Assembly (NCBI GenBank): GCA_021287065.1
Contig: JAJTBE010000082.1
Location: 781 to 64,780, forward strand
Reading direction: 5' to 3'
Source of the DNA: Bacillota bacterium
Lineage (GTDB): Bacteria > Vulcanimicrobiota > JAJTBE01
DNA length: 64,000 bases
Positions 9,829-19,220 of this stretch are shown here, in pieces. The notes beneath the pieces were generated by a model. The model made no database searches, was not told where the DNA came from, and was given only the letters and a program-made list of their open reading frames with translations. Position 1 is the stretch's first letter, and each line of letters begins with the position of its first letter. The translations under genes were made by a program, and so were the position numbers.

Positions 9829-10731
9829 TTAATAACCGATCCTGTCCATTTTTTCCTCCCAGAGTCTGAATGCAGGGAGGCAGATTTCCCGTCCGAGGTG
9901 TTCGCAGGAGAGCAGCGAGCTGTCCGGGGTTCCGTTTATTGTATGCAATACTGCTTCAGGATCCACTCCGTTATGGGGTTCTGTTGTTTTTCCGCAGAAT
10001 ATTTTTGTCAGTTTTGCCCAGTGCATTGCAGAAAAAGAGAGGGGTCCCGGTTTGTAGATTACTACCATTTCGTAAGCGGAAAGGTCAAAATACCGGTTTG
10101 CGGAGGCTAAGTTTCTTATGGCGTTTATTGCAGCAAAAGATGTAGGATCCCCTGTATCTTCAAATCCGTTTTTCCCTGTGCCTGCGATTTCCGCTTTTAT
10201 CACTTTTCCCCGCTGATCCCTGTCAGCTTTGATAAGCAGCGCTTCTATACCAGAATCAAGCTGCGCCGGGTTTATTTTATATTCTGTTGCAATGAATTCC
10301 CTGATGTTGTCGGTTTCGTTTATTTCAATCTGTTTTTTTTCTGCTGTTCCTGAGAAAATTTCGTAAATAAAACTATCATCAAAGCCTGCTTTTCTGGCAT
10401 CTTCACGGGTGCAGCCGCAGTAAACCTGTTTGATACCCGCGTGGCAGATTGCAGAAAGGCACATGGGGCAGGGTTCACAGGTTGAATAAATATCTGCATC
10501 TGAAAAATCAATAGGCTGTTTCTCTTCTGTAAATACTGAAACAGCGTTTCTGATAGCCATTACTTCAGCATGGCTTGTGGGATCACCGGTTTTGACAACC
10601 TGATTTCTGCCAAGGGATAAAATTTTTCCATCTTTTACAACAGCAGCGCCGAAAGGTCCGCCGTCGCCGGATCTAACCGAGGTTTCCGCCTCTGAAGCTG
10701 CAATTTTCATAAATTCGGTTTTTCCTGTCAT
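9829..10731 (-). CDS. guaD: guanine deaminase (CDA-fold, GuaD-type) fused to a second, catalytically degenerate deaminase-like domain
   Basis: Domain 1 has DPTSHAEVMAIRNA (zinc-ligand His plus catalytic Glu) and CEPCPMC (two Cys ligands), as in B. subtilis GuaD. Domain 2 repeats the fold (DPTSFAAINAIRN...KPGPLSFSAM) with His, Glu and both Cys replaced. Confidence 0.7.
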   Translation of the reverse strand: MTGKTEFMKIAASEAETSVRSGDGGPFGAAVVKDGKILSLGRNQVVKTGDPTSHAEVMAIRNAVSVFTEEKQPIDFSDADIYSTCEPCPMCLSAICHAGIKQVYCGCTREDARKAGFDDSFIYEIFSGTAEKKQIEINETDNIREFIATEYKINPAQLDSGIEALLIKADRDQRGKVIKAEIAGTGKNGFEDTGDPTSFAAINAIRNLASANRYFDLSAYEMVVIYKPGPLSFSAMHWAKLTKIFCGKTTEPHNGVDPEAVLHTINGTPDSSLLSCEHLGREICLPAFRLWEEKMDRIGY

Positions 10732-10806
10732 AACCTATCCTTCCAATGCGTTTTACTTTCAGTTACTTATAATCACAGGACCGTTTCGGAGTGGATTATC
10801 CGGCGG

Positions 10807-11268
10807 TTATCCGTAATTTACCGCCGCATTCATAATTGCATCAATAATCTGCTGGTATCCGGTGCATCGGCACAGGTTCGGGGTGATAGCCTTTCTCACT
10901 TCGTCCCTTGAAGGATTGTTGTTTTTAAGAAGAAAAGCGTGTGCCGTCAGTATCATGCCCGGAGTGCAGAAGCCGCATTGAACGGCTCCGCAGTCGATAA
11001 AAGACTGCTGCAGGGGGTGAAGTTTTCCGCCCGGTCCGGACATGCCTTCTATGGTAAGCACTTCTTTGCCGTCAATAAAACTCACTTTCTGCCGGCATGC
11101 TTTAACCGCCTTATTATCTGCAAGTATGGTGCAGGCTCCGCATAAGCCTTTGCCGCATCCGTTTTTTGCTCCGGTCAGGTCCAGTTCTTCACGAAGATAA
11201 TCGAGAAGATTCCTGTCCGCAGCCTCATCATTCAGTTCATAAACTTTGTTATTTATTGTTGTTTTCAT
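10807..11268 (-). CDS. [2Fe-2S]-binding small subunit of a xanthine dehydrogenase/aldehyde oxidoreductase-family molybdoenzyme
   Basis: Cys clusters GCGKGLCGACT and CGFCTPGMIL...NLCRCTGY. Confidence 0.85.
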   Translation of the reverse strand: MKTTINNKVYELNDEAADRNLLDYLREELDLTGAKNGCGKGLCGACTILADNKAVKACRQKVSFIDGKEVLTIEGMSGPGGKLHPLQQSFIDCGAVQCGFCTPGMILTAHAFLLKNNNPSRDEVRKAITPNLCRCTGYQQIIDAIMNAAVNYG

Positions 11269-13546
11269 TTTCCACCGTAATTTTCAGAGGGCTTGAATAA
11301 TATCTTATACCTGTAGCGTTATAGACCGCATTGGCAATGGCAGGAGCCATAAGCTCATTGGCAGGTTCACCGATTCCCTTTGCTCCTGAGGGCGAAAGAG
11401 GATCTCCGTTTTCAATGACTATTGCCTGCATTTCGGGAAGGTCTGCTGCTCTCGGAATTTTATATGTGTTGAAATTCGTATTTTGGATAATACCGTCTTT
11501 CACCTTAACTTCTTCCATAAGCCCGTAGCCTGCGCCCATTGCCATTCCGCCGTAAATCTGTCCAAGAATCATAGGCATATTTATAGCTCTTCCCACTTCA
11601 TGGGCGGCAGTCATATTGAGAAGCTTTACCTTGCCGGTTTTGCGGTTGACGGTAAGCTCAACAGCCTGACATCCGTAAACCCATGTGAAATAGGCGTTGC
11701 CTTTTCCTGTTTCCTCATCCCAGCTTACCTTAGGCGCTTTGAAAACACCGAAGGCATAAGGTATTTCCTGCTGAAGATACATTTCGTGAACAGCCTGCTC
11801 GTAGGTGAGAAAAACATCGTCGGTTTTCCCATAGATTCTGTCATTGAAAAAACGAATATCGCCGGGATTGCAGGATAAGCGGCAGCACAGAGCCATGGCA
11901 AGCTTTCTTTTCAGCTCACGGGTTGCAGTAACAACCGCACCTCCACCCATAATGGTTCCCCTTGAAGCTACAGTTGTGCCTCCGTCAGGGATGTTTGAAG
12001 TGGAGGGCTGCCGGTATCTGATTCTGTCCACCGATGTTCCCAGTTCTCCTGCGGCAATCAGTATAAAGGCGGATTCCGCCCCCTGTCCGTTTTCGTGAAT
12101 AGCCGCTTCAAGCAGAATCGAACCGTCAGGCTGCACATTTATTATGGCAGAGTTAAAATCCATTCCCTCGGCGCCAAGGCTCATTCCCCTGTAACTAAGG
12201 GCAAGGCCTGTTCCGTAGAGTTCATCGCTGTTTTCATCTGCCCGCCCCCGGCTGCATTTTGCCAGTTTGGATTCATAATCCATCCGCTTCAGTGTTTCCT
12301 CAAAAACCTGATCAAGACTTACGGTATGAGTATCAAGAACCTGTCCCGTTATGGTCGTGCTTCCCTGCCGCAGCATATTTTGCTTTCTGAACTCAACAGG
12401 GGATATTCCCAGCTTTTCAGCAGCAATATCAACAAGCTGTTCAATAGCAAAATTAAGCTGTGGCGAACCGAAGCCGCGCATAGCCCCTGTGAAAACATTG
12501 TTTGTATAAACACCATAGGTGTCGCAGTGCACATGTTCCACTTCATAGGGACCGCAGCACTGAACCGTAGAACGCCATGTAACCCAGGGAGTGACAGAAC
12601 AGTAAGCGCCTGAATCAGCAATGATTTTCACTTCAGCTGCATGAATCTTCCCGTTTTTAATACCCATTTTGTAATAAATGATATAAGGATGGCGCTTGTA
12701 GCTTTCCCTGAAAGACCATTCCCTGTCGTATGTCATTTTAACGGGTTTGTTGAGAATCTTTGCCGCAAGGGCTGCTCTTGCACAAACAAGAGCCGCCGTA
12801 TCGTCTTTTCCTCCGAAACCGCCTCCGACTGCGACGCTTCTTACTTCCACATCGGAAAGTTTTGCTCCGAGTATGGCGGCAACAAACCTTCTTGTGCTGA
12901 AGGGATGCTGCATACTGCCCATAACTTCCATTACACCGTCATATCTTGGGATACAAAGGCCGCTTTCAGGTTCGAGGTAAGAATGCTCTATATACTGGGT
13001 GTTGAATTTCCGTTCGATTACAAAATCACACTCTTTAAAAGCAGCAGAAACATTGCCCCTGCGGATTTTATGATGATTTGTGATATTGCAGCTTTTCCCC
13101 TCAAAGATGTGATCCTCATGAACAAGAGAGGCGCCGTCTTTTAAAGCTTCTTCGGGATCGAGAAGGGGTGGCAGAGGTTTTGCGTTAAGCCTGACAAGTT
13201 TTGCCGCAGCAACTGCCTGCTCTCTTTTTTGGGCAACAACAATAGCAATAACATCGCCATTAAAACGGATTCTGTCGTCTGCCAGCATGTGGTAGTCTTT
13301 GTAAATCTGGCCGTATCGTATCTCTCCCGGTATATCCCCTGCGGTTATGACAGAGAGAACGCCCGGAAAACTCCGGGCTTCTTCCGTCTCTATAGATATA
13401 ATTTCTGCATGGACTTCACTGGAGTAAACCGGCACAGCGTGTGCCATTCCATGAACCTTTAGATCATCACAGTATTCAGCCTGCCCCGTAACCTTGGAAT
13501 AAGCATCATTACGCCAGGCTTTTTTTCCTGTTTCAGCCTGCTTCAC
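11249..13546 (-). CDS. molybdopterin-binding large subunit, xanthine dehydrogenase/aldehyde oxidase family (paralog 2)
   Basis: 765 aa. GGGFGGK motif and a/b-hammerhead N-terminus. Overlaps both neighbouring genes, which suggests translational coupling. Confidence 0.85.
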   Translation of the reverse strand: MKQAETGKKAWRNDAYSKVTGQAEYCDDLKVHGMAHAVPVYSSEVHAEIISIETEEARSFPGVLSVITAGDIPGEIRYGQIYKDYHMLADDRIRFNGDVIAIVVAQKREQAVAAAKLVRLNAKPLPPLLDPEEALKDGASLVHEDHIFEGKSCNITNHHKIRRGNVSAAFKECDFVIERKFNTQYIEHSYLEPESGLCIPRYDGVMEVMGSMQHPFSTRRFVAAILGAKLSDVEVRSVAVGGGFGGKDDTAALVCARAALAAKILNKPVKMTYDREWSFRESYKRHPYIIYYKMGIKNGKIHAAEVKIIADSGAYCSVTPWVTWRSTVQCCGPYEVEHVHCDTYGVYTNNVFTGAMRGFGSPQLNFAIEQLVDIAAEKLGISPVEFRKQNMLRQGSTTITGQVLDTHTVSLDQVFEETLKRMDYESKLAKCSRGRADENSDELYGTGLALSYRGMSLGAEGMDFNSAIINVQPDGSILLEAAIHENGQGAESAFILIAAGELGTSVDRIRYRQPSTSNIPDGGTTVASRGTIMGGGAVVTATRELKRKLAMALCCRLSCNPGDIRFFNDRIYGKTDDVFLTYEQAVHEMYLQQEIPYAFGVFKAPKVSWDEETGKGNAYFTWVYGCQAVELTVNRKTGKVKLLNMTAAHEVGRAINMPMILGQIYGGMAMGAGYGLMEEVKVKDGIIQNTNFNTYKIPRAADLPEMQAIVIENGDPLSPSGAKGIGEPANELMAPAIANAVYNATGIRYYSSPLKITVENENNNK

Positions 13547-15932
13547 TACAAAATTCCTTCCAGACTTTTTCGGGTGTGGCCGGTATGCTGAGGTTAACCG
13601 GATATTTTCCGGTTGAGGCTATGGCATCAGCAATGGCAAACAGAACAGATTCTCCGTAAATAAACGGTGGTTCGCCGTTGGCTTTGGAGCGCTTTACACC
13701 CAGCTCATTGGTGCTTCCTGAGAAAAGTTCCGCATAAAATTCAGTGGGAACATCGCCGTAAGTGGGTATTTTGTAAGTAGCAGGTGAATTGCTGAGGAGT
13801 TTTCCGCCTTCGCTGTAAACCAGCTCCTCGGTTGTAGCCCAGCCATACGCCTGTATATAAGCTCCATAAATCTGACCTATGTCAACTGCAGGGTTAAGAC
13901 TCTGTCCGCTGTCATGAAGAATGCGCACATAGTCAAGTTTTGTCTGCCCCGTAAGGGTATCAACAGTAACTTCAGTAACTCCCGCGCCGTAAACAAAATA
14001 CAGGAATGGGTTGCCTACGCCCTTTTCCCTGTCAAACCAGATTCCCGGCGAAGCATAAAATCCGTGGGCGGTAAGATCCACCCTCTGGAAATATGCCTTT
14101 TTAATAAGTTCATTAAATGAAATGAGAGGTTCCGCATAATTTACTTTTCCGGCTTCCCCTGCATACACCATACCATCTTCAAACCTTACACCGGACACAT
14201 TGAACAGGGTTTTTGCAAATTCAGTCAGTCTTTCGTGAATCTGCATAGCTGCATTCTCCACAGCTTGTCCGTTGAGATCGCAGCCTGATGATGCCGCAGT
14301 GGGAGACGAATTAGCCACTCTTTTGGTGTTTGTTGACTCAACTCTTACGGTACTGAGAGGCACGCCAAGAGTGGTGGCGGCTATCTGGCCTATTTTGGTG
14401 TTTACTTCCTGACCCATTTCAATGGCGCCATGACTAACTGATACAGAACCGTCAAAATATACATGAACAAGGGAACCAGCCTGATTAAGATGAGCTGCGG
14501 TAAAAGATATGCCGAATTTTACCGGAGCAACTCCCAGACCTTTTTTCAGATATTTGTTTTTTGCGTTGAATTCTGCAACTTTCCGTTTGCGTTCGTCCCA
14601 ATCGGAGTCATGCCTGAGTTTTTTCAGAATAGTCTCCATGTGGCGGACATTCTTCACAGGCTCGCCGTAATGGGCTTTGTCCCCTTCCTTGTAGATATTG
14701 CGGAGCCTTATATCAAAGGGATCGATTTTCAGCTTATTCGCAATTATCTCCAGAATGGTTTCGATAACAAGGATTCCCTGGGGACCGCCAAAACCTCTGA
14801 ACGCAGTGGCGGGGTGCAGGTTGGTTCTGCAGGGTTTTCCGATTACCCTGATATTGTCAATATTGTAAATATTATCAGCATGGAGCATAGCCCTTTCCAG
14901 AATGGAAGTGCTGGCGTCAGCAACAGCACCCGCATTGGAACAGAGAACCACATCAAAAGCAAGAATCTTGCCGTTATCGTCAAAACCCACCCGATATGTG
15001 CTTTCAAAGACATGTCTTTTTCCTGTGGAGATCATGTCTTCTTCACGATCGAGTTTGCACAGACAGGGTAAGCCTGTGTGGTGAGCGGCAAGAGCGGCAA
15101 TACTCGCCCATGAAGTAGCCTGGGACTCTTTGCCTCCAAAACCGCCGCCGATTCGTTTTACATCAACGGTAACTTCGCTCTGTGGTTTTCCGAGCACATT
15201 TGAAGCCATCCTCTGGATTTCGTTGGGGTTCTGGGTGGATGAATAGATGGTTATTGCTCCGCTGTCCTCAGGAATGGCAAGGGCGCTCTGGGTTTCAAGA
15301 TAAAAATGCTCCTGCCCCCCGTTTACAACTTTGCCTTCCAGATAATGAGGACTGTTCTTCAGCATTTCGTCCACATTGCCCCGTTCGATTTTACGGATGG
15401 GACCTACAAACTGATTTTTTGCCACAGCATCATCAATAGTAAGTACAGGAGTAAGTTCCTCGATATTCAGCCTGATTTTGCCCATTGCTTCTTCTGCAAT
15501 CTCCGCAGTTTCCGCAGCTACAACAGCCACAGGTTCTCCCACAAAATGGACATGCTCTTCGGCAAGACAGGTTTCATCAGGCAGAATAGCCCCAATCTGA
15601 TTTTCCCCGGGAATGTCCCTGTATGTAAGAACAGCCTTCACTCCGGGAACCTTCCGGGCTTCTTCGCAGTCAAGCTCTCTTACGATTCCATGAGCCACAG
15701 GACTGGTCAGCACTTTTACATACAGCATATTCCTCGGTTTGGGAATATCATCAATAAACTGGGAACGACCGGTTACATGCTCCCGTCCGCTGAGATGGGA
15801 GGGAGATGAGCCGACTTTTCCCGATTTTACAAAAGCATCCACAGGATTTGCACCTGCTCCCGAATCAGAAGAAACAACTACCTGTTTTACTTCCTTTTCA
15901 GTTGACTTTTGGGGCATGGTTTCTGTTTTCAT
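13533..15932 (-). CDS. xdhB: molybdopterin-binding large subunit, xanthine dehydrogenase family (XdhB-like, paralog 1)
   Basis: 799 aa. RIGGGFGGKESQ motif. Its start overlaps the upstream FeS/FAD subunit by 4 bp. Confidence 0.85.
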   Translation of the reverse strand: MKTETMPQKSTEKEVKQVVVSSDSGAGANPVDAFVKSGKVGSSPSHLSGREHVTGRSQFIDDIPKPRNMLYVKVLTSPVAHGIVRELDCEEARKVPGVKAVLTYRDIPGENQIGAILPDETCLAEEHVHFVGEPVAVVAAETAEIAEEAMGKIRLNIEELTPVLTIDDAVAKNQFVGPIRKIERGNVDEMLKNSPHYLEGKVVNGGQEHFYLETQSALAIPEDSGAITIYSSTQNPNEIQRMASNVLGKPQSEVTVDVKRIGGGFGGKESQATSWASIAALAAHHTGLPCLCKLDREEDMISTGKRHVFESTYRVGFDDNGKILAFDVVLCSNAGAVADASTSILERAMLHADNIYNIDNIRVIGKPCRTNLHPATAFRGFGGPQGILVIETILEIIANKLKIDPFDIRLRNIYKEGDKAHYGEPVKNVRHMETILKKLRHDSDWDERKRKVAEFNAKNKYLKKGLGVAPVKFGISFTAAHLNQAGSLVHVYFDGSVSVSHGAIEMGQEVNTKIGQIAATTLGVPLSTVRVESTNTKRVANSSPTAASSGCDLNGQAVENAAMQIHERLTEFAKTLFNVSGVRFEDGMVYAGEAGKVNYAEPLISFNELIKKAYFQRVDLTAHGFYASPGIWFDREKGVGNPFLYFVYGAGVTEVTVDTLTGQTKLDYVRILHDSGQSLNPAVDIGQIYGAYIQAYGWATTEELVYSEGGKLLSNSPATYKIPTYGDVPTEFYAELFSGSTNELGVKRSKANGEPPFIYGESVLFAIADAIASTGKYPVNLSIPATPEKVWKEFCSEAG

Positions 15933-17380
15933 AAAATAACCTCGCCGAGCATACTTTCAGAAGCAATAAAATGCCTGATCATGAGATTTTTAAGCAGACC
16001 TTTGCGGTATTCAGCGCTTCCCCGCACATCGGAAATAGGTCTGGCTTCGTCAAATGCAATATCTCCGGCATTGCGGAATGTTTCTTCGCAAAATTCCCTG
16101 CCGGTAAGAGAAGCAGCTGTTTCCGGCATAAAAACGGTAAAAGGAGCAACTCCGCCATAAGCCACGCCTGCGTCGGTTATTACTCCGTCTGAAATTTTAA
16201 GGGCAACTGCTGAGTTCACGCTTGAGATATCCACTTCTCTTCTCTTGGAGACTTTCTCAAAATTAATGTAGTTGAACCGGTTTTTGGGTATTCTGACGGA
16301 CTGAATCCATTCCTCAGGTTTGTTTTCAGTCTGCTTGTAACCATGGTAGAACTCTCTGATTGGCACAATTCTTGTTCCCCCGGGACCGTCAAGAACGATT
16401 TCCGCACCCATAGCCATCAGAACGGGAACTGTGTCCGCAACAGGAGATGCATTTACAATATTGCCGGCAATGGTTGCATTCGATCTGATCTGCTCCGAGC
16501 ACATCTGCAGAATAGTCCGGGAAAGAACCGGAAGGCTCTGCTTCAGGCCGTCTGCAAGGTCGGAAAGCGTTACATTTCCCCCTGCAGAGATGAACTCACC
16601 GGAATCTTCCACTTTACCCAGTGATTCTATCCGGGCGAGATCAACAATCAACGAATACTTCCTGTGCATTTTCTTAATACCCACGACAACATCGCTGCCG
16701 CCGTTAATAAAAGTCATTCCCTGAAGATTTCCCGATTTAAGCTTTTCTGAGAGAAAACCCCTCAGACTTTCTGCGGAAACAGGAGAGAAAAATTCACTTT
16801 TTCCGTTTCCGGTGAGAATATCTTCAGATGCAAGTTTAAGCTGCTGTTCTTCTGTCGCCGCCAGAAATGCAGGTCTCATATCTTTGCTTTTGATATTAAG
16901 CGAACCGACATATTCCGGCACTTGTCTTATGGTTATATACCCCGTGCACCGGCACAGATTTCCTTCGAGGTATCTTCTGAAAGTTTCAGCATCAGGCTTA
17001 TCGTGTTCCAGATAAACCGACAGCAATGACATAATAACTCCTGGAGTGCAGAAGCCGCATTGGGTGGCATGGGCTTCGAGAACCGCCTTCTGAATAGGAT
17101 GAAGGTTGTCTCCTGATGAAAGCCCCTCTATGGTGATAAGGTGTTTTCCTTCAAGTTTGGCAGCCAGATAAAGACATCCGGCAACAGGTTTATACCTGAT
17201 CTTTCCGTTAAACACCTCGCCTATAACCACCGTACAAGCTCCGCAGTCGCCTTCTCCGCAGCCTTCCTTTGTGCCGTTGAGTTCGTAAGAATTCCTCAGC
17301 ATCTCAAGAACTGTGGCGTCCGGCTTCACTTCTTTTTCCTGAGCTTTTCCGTTCAGGAAGAAATTCACTACACTTTTCAT
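15929..17380 (-). CDS. xdhA: xanthine dehydrogenase small subunit, [2Fe-2S] ferredoxin domain fused to FAD-binding domain (XdhA-like)
   Basis: N-terminus GCGEGDCGACTV...CGFCTPGVIMSL...NLCRCTGY, followed by a CO-dehydrogenase-flavoprotein-like FAD domain. First gene of the operon. Confidence 0.85.
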   Translation of the reverse strand: MKSVVNFFLNGKAQEKEVKPDATVLEMLRNSYELNGTKEGCGEGDCGACTVVIGEVFNGKIRYKPVAGCLYLAAKLEGKHLITIEGLSSGDNLHPIQKAVLEAHATQCGFCTPGVIMSLLSVYLEHDKPDAETFRRYLEGNLCRCTGYITIRQVPEYVGSLNIKSKDMRPAFLAATEEQQLKLASEDILTGNGKSEFFSPVSAESLRGFLSEKLKSGNLQGMTFINGGSDVVVGIKKMHRKYSLIVDLARIESLGKVEDSGEFISAGGNVTLSDLADGLKQSLPVLSRTILQMCSEQIRSNATIAGNIVNASPVADTVPVLMAMGAEIVLDGPGGTRIVPIREFYHGYKQTENKPEEWIQSVRIPKNRFNYINFEKVSKRREVDISSVNSAVALKISDGVITDAGVAYGGVAPFTVFMPETAASLTGREFCEETFRNAGDIAFDEARPISDVRGSAEYRKGLLKNLMIRHFIASESMLGEVIL

Positions 17381-17562
17381 TTGCTCAGACTCCGGCAGAA
17401 ATGCCTACATCAGCAGCAGAACTGCTTTTGTACAGCATTAATTATTATTTCACTGCGTTATGCAAAACATTTACACAACGCATTGGAGAATACTTTTCAA
17501 AAACAGAGATAATTCGATTTTTCCGGAAAACAGATAAAAACCAATGCCGCTGCATTAATCCT

Positions 17563-17714
17563 CAGAAGTCGTCATATCCGCCTTTTTTCCGTCCTCCGGG
17601 TTTACCGGTCATCTCCATCCTTGCTCTTTTACAGACAGGACAAATCCATTTCCGTTTTTTATGGAAGCTTCGTTTCTGCTCTTCCATTTTAACCTTACAC
17701 TTTTTACAGTACAT
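17563..17714 (-). CDS. small zinc-ribbon protein (50 aa, two CxxC)
   Basis: Hand-translated sequence is MYCKKCKVKMEEQKRSFHKKRKWICPVCKRARMEMTGKPGGRKKGGYDDF. It starts 1 nt after the stop of the HEAT-repeat gene. It falls below the 60-aa ORF-track cutoff. Confidence 0.4.
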
Positions 17715-19172
17715 TTATGGATGGATTGCTACCTTAAAGATTTTTTTCAGGTCATTCATGGTTTCGTCAGAAAGTGAAAGCCCTGCACCAAATGTAACAG
17801 TTACAGACTTCATTCTGTTCCGGAATGATTCCATTTTGGATTCGATAACTGCAATTTTTATAAATTCTCTTACATCGGCGTCTTCTGCTTCAAGTATCCG
17901 AAGTTCGTCAAATTCAAAGGGCCTCTTGTTGGCAAGCCAGTTGACAATGAGAGTGCCGCCCTCTCTGACGGCGGATTCTTCCATCTGATTGTCTATTACG
18001 GCAACAATCTCTTCAATTCCGTAAGTTCCAAGTGAACTTTTACATTCGGAGCAGGCGTAGAATGAATATTTTTTAAATAATGAATACTTGTGTACAAAGC
18101 CTGCAAATTTGCTGAAACAGTGGGAACAGCGCATTTCCGCCACACTGTCTTCAAGTGCTCTGTTGGCGTTGACAATCTGCTCTACGGTAGTTAAAACGGC
18201 CTGTTTCAATTTGGGATTTTTCGCTTTTCTTTCCAAATCAAAAAGCTTGTCGAGACAACGAGTTTCCCCCATTTTTCCGAGAGTTTTCAGCACAGCGTTT
18301 TTTATAGCCATATCTTTGGTGTCAATAATCTTTATGAGAGCATCAAATGCCTGCTCGCCGCCAAAAAGCCCCAGAGCTTCAACAGCAGCTTCAGCAGTTT
18401 TCGGATCCCTCAGACTGCTGATGATATAATCGAATGAATCAGGATGACCCAGAGCACCGAGGGCAATAACGGCATCGCTTCTCACATCTGCGTTTTCATC
18501 TGCCAGCATTTCGGTAATCGGCTGCAAAGCCCGCATATCACCGAGTTTTCCAAGATAACCGGCAACTTCCCGCTTTACCTTTTTGTTTCTTGTACGGAGA
18601 GCTTCAATAAATGTTTCAACAGCAAAATCCCCAAGACGGGATAAAACATCATGAGCCGCCCAGCGCATTTCGATATTTCTTGAGACTCTTGCCTTGAGGA
18701 GAGGAGCAATAATTCTTACATCTTCAATCTGAGCCAGTCGATCAGATCCGCCCCTTCTTCTCTCCATAGCATCAACAAATGCATCCCCAAAAGTAATATC
18801 TCTTGATTTGAGGAGATCCGCAGCTCTTCTCCGCACTTCCTTGAATTTGTTGCTGAGCGCGAGAATAAGAAGATGCACAACATGATAATCATTAATAATA
18901 GCAAGAGAGTTTATAGCTGAAAGAGCAGTTTCCGGATCACCTTCCTCGAGGTATTTTGCAAGGCCGTCAACAGCTCTCGCATCACCTCTGTAACCAAGTG
19001 CCAGAGTCAGGGTCTTTTTAAGAAAGGGATTGCTTGTTTTGTCAATTTCCCTGCACATAGTGTCGCCGACCCTTTTGCCGGTGAGTTTGGTTATACGAAC
19101 AACAGCCGCTTCCCGGATTTCACGGTCATCACTTCCAAGCGCCTGTATCTCTCTGTTTATCTCGTCCATCAC
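17715..19172 (-). CDS. HEAT-repeat (PBS-lyase-type) protein with Cys-rich C-terminal region
   Basis: Repeated ~30-aa units such as AVIALGALGHPDSFDYIISSLRDP and AVEALGLFGG. C-terminal CSHCFSKF...CSECKSS. Confidence 0.65.
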   Translation of the reverse strand: MMDEINREIQALGSDDREIREAAVVRITKLTGKRVGDTMCREIDKTSNPFLKKTLTLALGYRGDARAVDGLAKYLEEGDPETALSAINSLAIINDYHVVHLLILALSNKFKEVRRRAADLLKSRDITFGDAFVDAMERRRGGSDRLAQIEDVRIIAPLLKARVSRNIEMRWAAHDVLSRLGDFAVETFIEALRTRNKKVKREVAGYLGKLGDMRALQPITEMLADENADVRSDAVIALGALGHPDSFDYIISSLRDPKTAEAAVEALGLFGGEQAFDALIKIIDTKDMAIKNAVLKTLGKMGETRCLDKLFDLERKAKNPKLKQAVLTTVEQIVNANRALEDSVAEMRCSHCFSKFAGFVHKYSLFKKYSFYACSECKSSLGTYGIEEIVAVIDNQMEESAVREGGTLIVNWLANKRPFEFDELRILEAEDADVREFIKIAVIESKMESFRNRMKSVTVTFGAGLSLSDETMNDLKKIFKVAIHP

Positions 19173-19220
19173 CGCACCATCCTGTAAGAATTGTATATTA
19201 TCTCGTAAATTTCAGCCATT

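Noticed and set aside
11331-15809. Numerous 60-200 aa ORFs antisense or out of frame within the large Mo-subunit genes
   Set aside because: They are fully contained in strongly supported, motif-bearing genes and have no independent start signals.
17381-17560. Looked for a purine (guanine/adenine) riboswitch in the 5' leader of the xanthine dehydrogenase operon
   Set aside because: No UAUA...GUUUCUACC...CCGUAAAU-type conserved core was visible on the operon strand.
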